Positions 56,519 to 64,000 of a stretch of DNA of 64,000 nt are shown here, in pieces. The translations under genes were made by a program, and so were the position numbers. The notes beneath the pieces are model-generated. The model was not told the origin of the DNA and did not search any database. It saw only the letters and a program-made list of their open reading frames with translations. Location: positions 3,653 to 67,652 of the forward strand of contig CAYUKU010000007.1 in NCBI GenBank assembly GCA_964445435.1, given 5' to 3'. Source of the DNA: an uncultured Gammaproteobacteria bacterium. Its GTDB lineage: Bacteria > Patescibacteriota > Microgenomatia > UBA10105 > UBA927. The number at the start of each line of letters is the position of its first letter. Within the stretch, counting starts at the first letter, position 1.

Positions 56519-57586
56519 GTGAAGCCGCTTCGTATTGCACAACTCGTGCTTCCGTGGATCCCCCTGCCGCCCCCGGGATATGCAGGGACCGAACGCGTGG
56601 TGTATCACCTGACTGAGGAGCTGGTTCGGCGGGGACACAAGGTAACGCTTTTTGCCTCCGGAGACTCGCATACATCGGCAAAACTCGAAGCAGTACTCCC
56701 GAAGGCGCTTGGCCTGCAAGAAGACGTGAAAGCGGCTCAGGCGGGTTCATTTTATCCCCTCATGCATGTTGCCCACTGTTTCGAGATGGCGGGTGAATTT
56801 GACATCATCCATTCTCATGCACAGTTTCTTGGCCTCCCCTTTGCGGCGGCGGCAAAAACGCCCAGCGTGCATACGTTCCATCGCGTGTATGCGTTTACCC
56901 ATCAGGACGAACAGGATCTGGTCATGCACTACGGCAAACTCAACTACACTTCGATTAGTAACGCGCAACGTGTTCCGGGTGTCAATTACGTGGCCACAGT
57001 GTACAACGGCGTCGATACATCGGTGTATAAACCGGCAGAGAGGCCCACGCGGGATTATCTCTTCTGGGCAGGAAGGGTGATAGATAAGAAGGGCCCGCTT
57101 GAGGCGATACTGGTGGCCAAAAAACTGGGTATGAACCTCGTTATGGCTGGAGAGGTGACCGAGCCTGCGTATTTCGAGAAGGTGATTAAACCCCATATCG
57201 ATGGCGTCAAAATTCAGTTGGCACAGCATGAGACCCGCGAAAGCCTTATTATTCTGTACCAGAACGCTAAAGTGACGGTTGTACCCACGAAATGGAACGA
57301 ACCGTTCGGTCTCGTGCCTGTCGAATCCATGGCCTGCGGGACCCCAGCCGTGTCGTATGCCAATGGCGGGGTGGTGGAGACAATTGCCGAAGGGACCGGA
57401 TTTCTTATCGACGAGAAGACGGGGGTGGACGGGCTGGCCGCGAAAGTGAAAGAGATTGTCGACATGGAAAGCCCGTCATACCAGGCTCTTTGTGCGAGTG
57501 CACGACAACATGTTCTTAAGAACTTTTCTGTCGAAAGTATGGCTGATGGGTACGAACATGTCTATGCGAAGATACTGGGGGTATGA
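56519..57586 (+). CDS. GT4 family glycosyltransferase
   Basis: 'EPFGLVPVESMACGTPAV' is present. Confidence 0.8.
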   Translation: MKPLRIAQLVLPWIPLPPPGYAGTERVVYHLTEELVRRGHKVTLFASGDSHTSAKLEAVLPKALGLQEDVKAAQAGSFYPLMHVAHCFEMAGEFDIIHSHAQFLGLPFAAAAKTPSVHTFHRVYAFTHQDEQDLVMHYGKLNYTSISNAQRVPGVNYVATVYNGVDTSVYKPAERPTRDYLFWAGRVIDKKGPLEAILVAKKLGMNLVMAGEVTEPAYFEKVIKPHIDGVKIQLAQHETRESLIILYQNAKVTVVPTKWNEPFGLVPVESMACGTPAVSYANGGVVETIAEGTGFLIDEKTGVDGLAAKVKEIVDMESPSYQALCASARQHVLKNFSVESMADGYEHVYAKILGV

Positions 57587-58656
57587 AGATTTTATTTATC
57601 GCGCCGAGTCTCTACATGTCCGAACGGTTCGGGGGCATGATTTACGCTCCGAAAGAGCTTGCGATTGATTTGGTCGACGGTCTGGTCGGGGCGGGACATG
57701 ACGTGACCTTTGCTACCGCGCCCGACGTGCGGACAACCGCAAAAAAACTCGAAGGAGACGCCCGGTATCTGGACCTGGCGCAGTTGGGAACAGGTGATCA
57801 ACTATTGATTAAACGGGATTATGAGACGGATCTGCTCTCCCGCGCGTTTCGTGCGGCAGCAGATGAACAGTTCGACGTCATCCACGTTTTTGCCGTGACC
57901 GCTGCCCATTATTTCGAGCAGTTTACCAAGATACCGGTTATCTACACGATTCATGACCCCGTGCCCGCCCCCGGCACGCTTGGCGCGGTCGTTTTTGAGA
58001 AATTCCGGTCGCACCGGTTCGTGTCGATCAGTAACAGTCAACGAGGGGGAAGCGCGCTCAATTTCGTAGCGACGGTCTATCATTGCATTAATCCGGCCAA
58101 ATATCCGTTTGTGAAAACGCCCCAGAAACGGTGGGTATTCGTGGGGCGCCTGGTTCCAGAGAAAGGCCTTGAGGATGCAATAAAAGCGGCAGTCGTCACC
58201 AACACGAAACTGGTGGCCGCGTCCGATTGGGATGCGCACAACGCAGGAAGTAAGGAGTACGAAGACCGGCTGCAGCTACTTTTTGATACCTCGATGGTTG
58301 AGCGGGTGGGTGTGGTAGGTCAGCCTGAGCGGGCAAGGCTTCTTGGCCTCGGGAAAGCTCTCCTTTTCCCCATCAAGTGGGAAGAGCCGTTTGGGATGGT
58401 GATGATCGAGGCGATGGCCTGCGGGACGCCGGTCGTGGCGTATGGCCGGGGATCCGTGCCAGAGGTGGTGAAAGACGGTGTTACGGGATTTATCGTCCCC
58501 CAAGAGCAGGGGGTAGAAGGCCTGGTGGCGGCGATGAAGAAGATAGACAGGATCGATCGGGCAGCTTGTCGGCGATACGTAGAGGAACAGTTTTCCCTTC
58601 AGCGTATGGTTGAGGGGTATGAGCAAGTTTACCGTCAAGCCATTTCGACTCCTTGA
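57583..58656 (+). CDS. GT4 family glycosyltransferase
   Basis: 'EPFGMVMIEAMACGTPVVAYGRGS' is present. A 4-nt overlap with the upstream GT4 gene indicates translational coupling. Confidence 0.8.
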   Translation: MKILFIAPSLYMSERFGGMIYAPKELAIDLVDGLVGAGHDVTFATAPDVRTTAKKLEGDARYLDLAQLGTGDQLLIKRDYETDLLSRAFRAAADEQFDVIHVFAVTAAHYFEQFTKIPVIYTIHDPVPAPGTLGAVVFEKFRSHRFVSISNSQRGGSALNFVATVYHCINPAKYPFVKTPQKRWVFVGRLVPEKGLEDAIKAAVVTNTKLVAASDWDAHNAGSKEYEDRLQLLFDTSMVERVGVVGQPERARLLGLGKALLFPIKWEEPFGMVMIEAMACGTPVVAYGRGSVPEVVKDGVTGFIVPQEQGVEGLVAAMKKIDRIDRAACRRYVEEQFSLQRMVEGYEQVYRQAISTP

Positions 58657-58697
58657 CAACAGCCTCAAATTTCGACATTATGATTTTGGAGTAAAAA

Positions 58698-59261
58698 ATG
58701 TCGGAAACGCAACTTCCCAGCGAAGAAACCATTATTGCCACCGCGAAGTATCTTTTGGAAAAAATGCCTTCTGCCGCCACGAAGTACGCCCCGGTGCGCC
58801 AACTGTTGTGCCGGATTATTGCCGGCGAATCCGTACATCCGAAAGATATGCCTTCCTTCAATCCCTTTTACATTGCGCGTACGCTCGAACGGTTGGTGGC
58901 GCAGGGCTTCGTACAGAAGGAAAAGGATGGGTACGAGGCAACAGCCGCGGGCAAACGCTGGATGCTCAAATACGCTCTTGAGGATCTTGTTGTGCCTACA
59001 CCCAAGAAGTGGGACGGGCGGTGGCGGATGGTTATCTATGATGTCGCCCGCCACAAGGCATCGCTACGAAACCTTTTCAGAAATACGCTCAAACGTCTGG
59101 GATTTTACAATCTTCAGGAATCGACATGGATCTATCCGTATCCCTGCGAGAAAGAAATTCATTTTATCCGCGATTACTGCGGGATGGGCTCGGACGTTAT
59201 CTATATCATCGTCCATAAGATAGAGAACGACGCGTCCTACCGGGCTTTTTTCAACCTCTAA
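58698..59261 (+). CDS. PaaX-like winged-helix transcriptional regulator
   Basis: The N-terminus is a wHTH. The C-terminal 'WDGRWRMVIYDVARHKASLRNLFRNTLKRLGFYNLQESTWIYP' resembles the PaaX C-terminal domain. Confidence 0.4.
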   Translation: MSETQLPSEETIIATAKYLLEKMPSAATKYAPVRQLLCRIIAGESVHPKDMPSFNPFYIARTLERLVAQGFVQKEKDGYEATAAGKRWMLKYALEDLVVPTPKKWDGRWRMVIYDVARHKASLRNLFRNTLKRLGFYNLQESTWIYPYPCEKEIHFIRDYCGMGSDVIYIIVHKIENDASYRAFFNL

Positions 59262-59354
59262 GAACTGGTAAAAACCTCCAGAATTACTTGTAAAAACTTG
59301 TAAAAACTTTCGAAATCGTTCAGTCAGGGGTCCGTCGTGATATGATGAAATCGG

Positions 59355-60785
59355 ATGAAGGTCCTTTTCGTCACCAGTGAGTTGGCGGGATTTTATAAAC
59401 TAGGCGGATTAGCGGATGTGAGTTATTCACTTCCGGTTGCGCTTGCGTCCCGCGGGGTGTCTATTTCCGTCGTGATGCCGTATTACGAGAAAGTGCGCGT
59501 AAGCGAGCCGGTCTGCGTGGGGCAAATGGCACTTGACTTCGACCGCAGGCGAGAGCTTCTGTTTATCTTCCGCGCAACACTGCCGGAGAGCCACTTGCCG
59601 GTCTATCTCATCCGTCATCCGCGTCTGAATTCGTATGACGGGAAGGATATGGCGGAGCGGTTTGCGTTTTTCTCCAAGGCGGTAGCCCAGCTGTATCTTT
59701 ATTCCCAGGAAACGCTGGGTGGCCCCTACGATATCATTCACTGCAACGACTGGCACACGGCGCTTATCCCGCTTCTGGTGGGAGAGGAGTCGCGAGTTGG
59801 GTATCGGGAGCTTAAGACGATTCAATCGGTGCGTGCCAAGACAATTCTTACCGTGCACAATCTCCTGTACCAGGGAGAAACAGGAGTGGGAGTTGCGCTC
59901 AAGTTGGGATTGCCCAAGACGGTTTTTCACTCGTTCATGACTCCGCTGGGTAGGGCAATCCGGTTCCTTCAGGAAGGGTTCGAGTATGCGGATATAGTGA
60001 CGACGGTTTCGCCTACATACGCCAAAGAAATCGCCCGCGGGTATCACGGGAAGCGTGTCCGCGAGACGTTCCTCAGGCGCCATGACAAGATCGTGGGCAT
60101 ACTCAACGGTATCGATACGAGTCTTTGGGATCCCAGGGACGATCCGTATATCCGCGTCCATTATGCCGTCGCCAAGTCGCATGCAGCCAAAAAACAGATA
60201 AAAGAGCGTCTCCGGGCGAGTGTGCGGCTTCCTCAGACAGACGTGCCGTTGTTTGGATTTGTGGGCCGGTTCGAACCGCAGCAAAAAGGTCTTGACCTTA
60301 TCGCCAACGTTATAAAAACGTTACCAACGGAAGCGTACCAGCTTGTGCTTCTGGGGACGGGTGCCAAGCCATTGGTAACACTGTTTACCCACCTGTCTCA
60401 ACAGTATCCCAATGTCTCGTTTGTCCATACGTTCGACGAGCGGCTCGCAAGAAGAATTTACGCCGGAAGCGATGTCATGCTTGTTCCGTCGAAGTTCGAG
60501 CCATGCGGGTTGACGCAGATGATTGCGATGCGCTACGGGACGCTGCCGCTGGTGCGCAAGACGGGCGGTTTGGCTGATACAGTTATTGATGGGAAGACTG
60601 GATTTGTATTCAATCGATATACCCGTCGGGCACTTGCCGAGAAAATGAAAAGCGTCATCGAGGCTTACCACACCAAGCCGGATATGTGGCGGCGGATGGT
60701 TGTCCGGGTCATGAAGCAGGACTTTTCGTGGAAAAAACAAGCCGAGAAATATATAGCGCTCTACGAGAAATTACTCCGCGCCTAA
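59355..60785 (+). CDS. glgA: GT5 glycogen/starch synthase-like alpha-glucan synthase
   Basis: The N-terminus 'MKVLFVTSELAGFYKLGGLADV' and the C-terminal 'RKTGGLADTV' motif are present. Length is 476 aa. Confidence 0.65.
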   Translation: MKVLFVTSELAGFYKLGGLADVSYSLPVALASRGVSISVVMPYYEKVRVSEPVCVGQMALDFDRRRELLFIFRATLPESHLPVYLIRHPRLNSYDGKDMAERFAFFSKAVAQLYLYSQETLGGPYDIIHCNDWHTALIPLLVGEESRVGYRELKTIQSVRAKTILTVHNLLYQGETGVGVALKLGLPKTVFHSFMTPLGRAIRFLQEGFEYADIVTTVSPTYAKEIARGYHGKRVRETFLRRHDKIVGILNGIDTSLWDPRDDPYIRVHYAVAKSHAAKKQIKERLRASVRLPQTDVPLFGFVGRFEPQQKGLDLIANVIKTLPTEAYQLVLLGTGAKPLVTLFTHLSQQYPNVSFVHTFDERLARRIYAGSDVMLVPSKFEPCGLTQMIAMRYGTLPLVRKTGGLADTVIDGKTGFVFNRYTRRALAEKMKSVIEAYHTKPDMWRRMVVRVMKQDFSWKKQAEKYIALYEKLLRA

Positions 60786-61720
60786 ATCCGCGTGTAGGAG
60801 ACGGATCTTCCTTTCCCATGGGCCACGAGGATTCCCAGCGTCATGAGCTTAGAGAGATCGCGCGAGGCCGTAACCTGTGAAATGCGGAACCGTTTCTGGA
60901 TTGTTTTGTTTGTGATTACGCGGGTGGGATCGTCCAGAAGATGCATAATCGCGTGTTGGCGGTCGTTGAGAATGGGAAGTTTTACTTGTTGTGACGAGCT
61001 CCCGACGTGGCCATGTGTTGCTATTTTGGTGTAGTGTGCTTCGACGGACTGTGCGAAAAACAGGAGCCAGTGATTGAGGTTGCCCTGGGTGGAAATGGTG
61101 GAGATGGCCAGATGATAGGAGGGCGCTTCATCTGCCCATTGGCGTTCCAGCGCAACCATGCCGCGTAAGGTGTAGCCTTCCTTTGCGAGGTAGGCCAGCG
61201 TGACGAGACGAGCTGTGAGTCCGGGATCGTCAGGTGGCAGAATAGTGCTTGAGAGCATTCCCAGAGCAATACCTGCCCGAATGATGGCGTGCTCGGTTTG
61301 ATTTTCCAGGTATGCACATAGTTTGCGTATTGACGTGAGCGCAGGTCCGTTCAGTCGTCTGTGCTTGAGGAGCGGCCCCACATAGATGGTGTCTGCGAAC
61401 GTTTGAAAGGTGGCCTGAGTTATAGGATTGGCGTTGGCCACCCAGGTGACTTCAATAAGGTCAAGCGCATTTTTATAGCTGATGACGACGGAAGGTTTCG
61501 CTTTGTGCTGCAAGGATAGGTGCGTTTCTATATCGTGACGGGTCAGCTTGATATTGGCAAGAGCAAGCGATCCCTGGATTTGGCTTATCTTCGCGTCCCA
61601 TCGGCGGGTGATTTCTTCCGAAACGGAAAGCGGCGTCGTGAGGATTTTCACGCGGAGAGCATCGATGATCCGCAGGCTTTCGCGCAAATCTGAGGATAAG
61701 GTGTACGAAAGAGGAAGCAT
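60782..61720 (-). CDS. Fic-domain-like protein with degenerate Fic motif and C-terminal winged-helix DNA-binding domain
   Basis: 'ILPPDDPGLTARLVTLAYL' aligns to HPFxDGNGRxxRLL with the catalytic His replaced. The C-terminal 'VITNKTIQKRFRISQVTASRDLSKL' is HTH-like. Confidence 0.35.
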   Translation of the reverse strand: MLPLSYTLSSDLRESLRIIDALRVKILTTPLSVSEEITRRWDAKISQIQGSLALANIKLTRHDIETHLSLQHKAKPSVVISYKNALDLIEVTWVANANPITQATFQTFADTIYVGPLLKHRRLNGPALTSIRKLCAYLENQTEHAIIRAGIALGMLSSTILPPDDPGLTARLVTLAYLAKEGYTLRGMVALERQWADEAPSYHLAISTISTQGNLNHWLLFFAQSVEAHYTKIATHGHVGSSSQQVKLPILNDRQHAIMHLLDDPTRVITNKTIQKRFRISQVTASRDLSKLMTLGILVAHGKGRSVSYTRI

Positions 61721-61964
61721 ACCTGTTTTCTTATCTCAATTATATCATTCGGGTCAACTAAGAAAACAGGATATTTTTAGATTGCCTTTGCGGGAAATAT
61801 AAAAAATGGTGAAATGATTACGATAAGATTAAACACGCTACTTGACACGGTGTGAAAACTGTAGGCATACTGGATATATATAGTTTTCACATATTAGTAA
61901 TAACTGGTAAATCCATTGTGAAAAACTTGTAATAATTTGGAAATTTGAAGCCAAACCTGCCTCT

Positions 61965-63905
61965 ATGCCCAAAACCTACACCGTCAAAGAAGTCGCAGAC
62001 ATATTGGGCTACAGCACCAATAGCATTTATACGTTCCTCAAGGAAAAACGCCTGAAAGGGGTGCGCGTCGGCAAGGGGAGGTTCCGCATCCCGGAGGATG
62101 AACTTAACCGCGTACTGCATTTGTCGCGGAAAGCACAACCGGCAACGTCATCGGCAAACGAACAGCTGGTAGAAGGGGTGAAAGAGGCGGCCAAACATAT
62201 CGAACAAACCGGCGACGCAGCGGTTGTACGGCAGGACGATGGTTTGCGATCTCGCCTTCATAGCTCGATACTCCCTCCCAATATTTTCGATTGGTTTGTA
62301 GGGACCGGTGCAGTGGTCGCCGGCGTTGCGTTATTTTTGTTTAACCCGATCCTGAGCCCTTCGGAATCGGGGACATTTGCGCGGCTCATCCCAGTGATGA
62401 GGATCGTCTTGATAGCATGCGGTTTTGGCGTTCTGGTGAGCAGTATGTTTGCGCAGGGCGTCAAATGGCGGGGTGTTTTCTTTGGATTGCTTGCAATGCT
62501 TGGCACCCTTAACGCGTATGGACTCCTCAAGCTGGGTGACTATAGCGGTTTTGTGCTGTATGGAGCCATGGCGCTGACGATAGCGATTGCTCTGGTGTAC
62601 CGGCTTGGAGGAATTGTCGCAATCGTCACGTATTCCTCGCTTATATCGCTACTCGTTCCGGCGGTCGTGCTTGTATTCCCGGACGGCGTGCACATACGTC
62701 AGTATCTGGAATTTACCGGATGGCCACCCGCGACGGTGGGAGCGATTTCCATGGTCGTCGGCGCGCTTTTGGCGGTTTGTTTCTGGGCGGGCTACGCGAA
62801 GAGTCGTACACTTTTTATGTTCGCTGCCTGGATAACGGCTATTTGTGAAGTCTTGGTAGCGATGTGGTTTGGGCATTACCAGTATTGGAGCCGGGCGTTC
62901 TTCATGATCGTTGTGAGCTACTTTACCTCCATATTGCCCTACTGGTGGTTTATCCAGAAAGAGATGTCTTTGCGTATGCGTATTACACTCCATGCGGTGT
63001 TTTATGTCGTGGGTGTAGCCATTCTGGTTGCTATTCTGGCCGTGCATTTATTACAGCAGAGCGCATGGGACGCCCGGAAGAGGGAATTTGCGGACAAGAT
63101 GCTGGTTGCACAGAACATGCTGATAAACGCGGTTGATTCTGTGAAATCGTCATCAGTGGTCGCCGTCAAGAGTCAGGAATTGGTAACCGCGGTGAACAAG
63201 AAAGATCTGGAACAAATTACGTCTTGGGCGAAAATTCTCTACGAGAGCAATCCCAACATCCGTCGAGTCGACTTTATCGATGCCAAGGGTGTAGGCATTG
63301 CGCTTTATCCGTATGGGACGTTTGATGATCCAGATTATTCTGCCCGTGAGTATTTCGTGAAAGCCAAAACCGCGAAAAAAATGGTTCTCACGAATGTTTT
63401 TCAGGCACGCGCCGATAATCAGGGGAGATATGTCGTTGTTATAGCGACTCCGCTTCTTGATAGTGCGGGAGAATTTCAGGGCGTCATGATTGCTTCAATT
63501 GATTTGGACCGTTTGGGTCTCCAGTTGGCACAAATCGCCAACGAATCTCGGGAGGAGCGGTTTACGATTACGGACTCACAAGGTGTGATATTAAGTCATA
63601 AACAGAGTACCCTGATCGGCACGAAACCTTCCGAGGAACATCCGGTGCATAAAGCACTGGCGAAAGAAGAAGGGGTGCAATGGGGAATCACGCTCAACGG
63701 CGTCGGTGGCATGGTGGGGTATCGTTTCATCGATTCCCTTGGGTGGGCAATCACCCTGTCTTCTCCGGAGCAGGAGGTTTTCGCACTCAAGTCTTCGTCG
63801 ATATGGTGGGTGTTGGGAGCGGTTGAGGGGATCATGCTGGTGACCGTATTTCTCTTTTTGTTTCTTAACTCCCGGACAAAAGACATAAAGGAGGGCGGGC
63901 CATGA
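61965..63905 (+). CDS. membrane protein with N-terminal excisionase-type HTH (HTH_17), ~8 TM helices and extracytoplasmic Cache-like sensor domain
   Basis: The N-terminus 'YTVKEVADILGYSTNSIYTFLKEKRLKGVRVGKGRFRIPEDEL' is HTH_17-like. The Cache-like segment 'RVDFIDAKGVGIALYPY...VVVIATPLLDSAGEFQGVMIASIDLDRL' is followed by a final TM helix. Confidence 0.5.
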   Translation: MPKTYTVKEVADILGYSTNSIYTFLKEKRLKGVRVGKGRFRIPEDELNRVLHLSRKAQPATSSANEQLVEGVKEAAKHIEQTGDAAVVRQDDGLRSRLHSSILPPNIFDWFVGTGAVVAGVALFLFNPILSPSESGTFARLIPVMRIVLIACGFGVLVSSMFAQGVKWRGVFFGLLAMLGTLNAYGLLKLGDYSGFVLYGAMALTIAIALVYRLGGIVAIVTYSSLISLLVPAVVLVFPDGVHIRQYLEFTGWPPATVGAISMVVGALLAVCFWAGYAKSRTLFMFAAWITAICEVLVAMWFGHYQYWSRAFFMIVVSYFTSILPYWWFIQKEMSLRMRITLHAVFYVVGVAILVAILAVHLLQQSAWDARKREFADKMLVAQNMLINAVDSVKSSSVVAVKSQELVTAVNKKDLEQITSWAKILYESNPNIRRVDFIDAKGVGIALYPYGTFDDPDYSAREYFVKAKTAKKMVLTNVFQARADNQGRYVVVIATPLLDSAGEFQGVMIASIDLDRLGLQLAQIANESREERFTITDSQGVILSHKQSTLIGTKPSEEHPVHKALAKEEGVQWGITLNGVGGMVGYRFIDSLGWAITLSSPEQEVFALKSSSIWWVLGAVEGIMLVTVFLFLFLNSRTKDIKEGGP

Positions 63906-64000
63906 GCGCTGTACTTGGCACCGGTCGGGAAACACAGAAATCCGCATACAGCGGATTTTCGCGTCAGCGTGGGTATATTCTCATCCTTCCACTTCTGTTT

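Noticed and set aside
1-64000. CRISPR array
   Set aside because: No run of regularly spaced direct repeats with unique spacers was found. The only repeat families are dispersed single-copy palindromes (REP-A, palB).
63902-64000. Partial ORF running off the 3' end of the window (MSAVLGTGRETQKS...)
   Set aside because: It is only ~33 codons with no recognisable features. It overlaps the upstream stop by 4 nt, so it may be real, but it cannot be called.

Overview
This 64 kb window is a bacterial chromosomal segment of about 55% GC. It is gene-dense, both strands are used, and several intergenic regions are AT-rich. Housekeeping genes are securely identifiable: lepA, ndk, mreB, maf, an M16 peptidase, tRNA-Pro(CGG) and tRNA-Arg(CCU). 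They are interspersed with a large set of envelope and glycosylation genes (GT2, GT4, GT26, a GT5 glycogen-synthase-like gene and a ~1000-aa polytopic GT-C-like membrane protein). There is also a sortase next to a DUF11 surface protein carrying an LPVAG sorting signal, and many large ORFs with no recognisable family. The accessory content falls into four groups. (1) A REP-associated tyrosine transposase (RAYT/IS200-like) is flanked by a dispersed 19-nt palindromic repeat with eight or more copies, and a second 29-nt palindrome family has four copies. (2) A run of three giant hypothetical proteins (737, 849 and 878 aa) lies on the minus strand, one with an alpha/beta-hydrolase core. (3) A ~1040-aa protein has a class-B flavoprotein monooxygenase-like core and is divergently paired with two tandem membrane-anchored CxxxC-repeat proteins. 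(4) A cassette encodes three or four tiny tandem membrane peptides. The small-genome, CPR/Patescibacteria-like flavour is inference only. No CRISPR array, rRNA or integrase was seen. All calls come from reading motifs in the supplied ORF translations and the raw sequence; no database searches were run.
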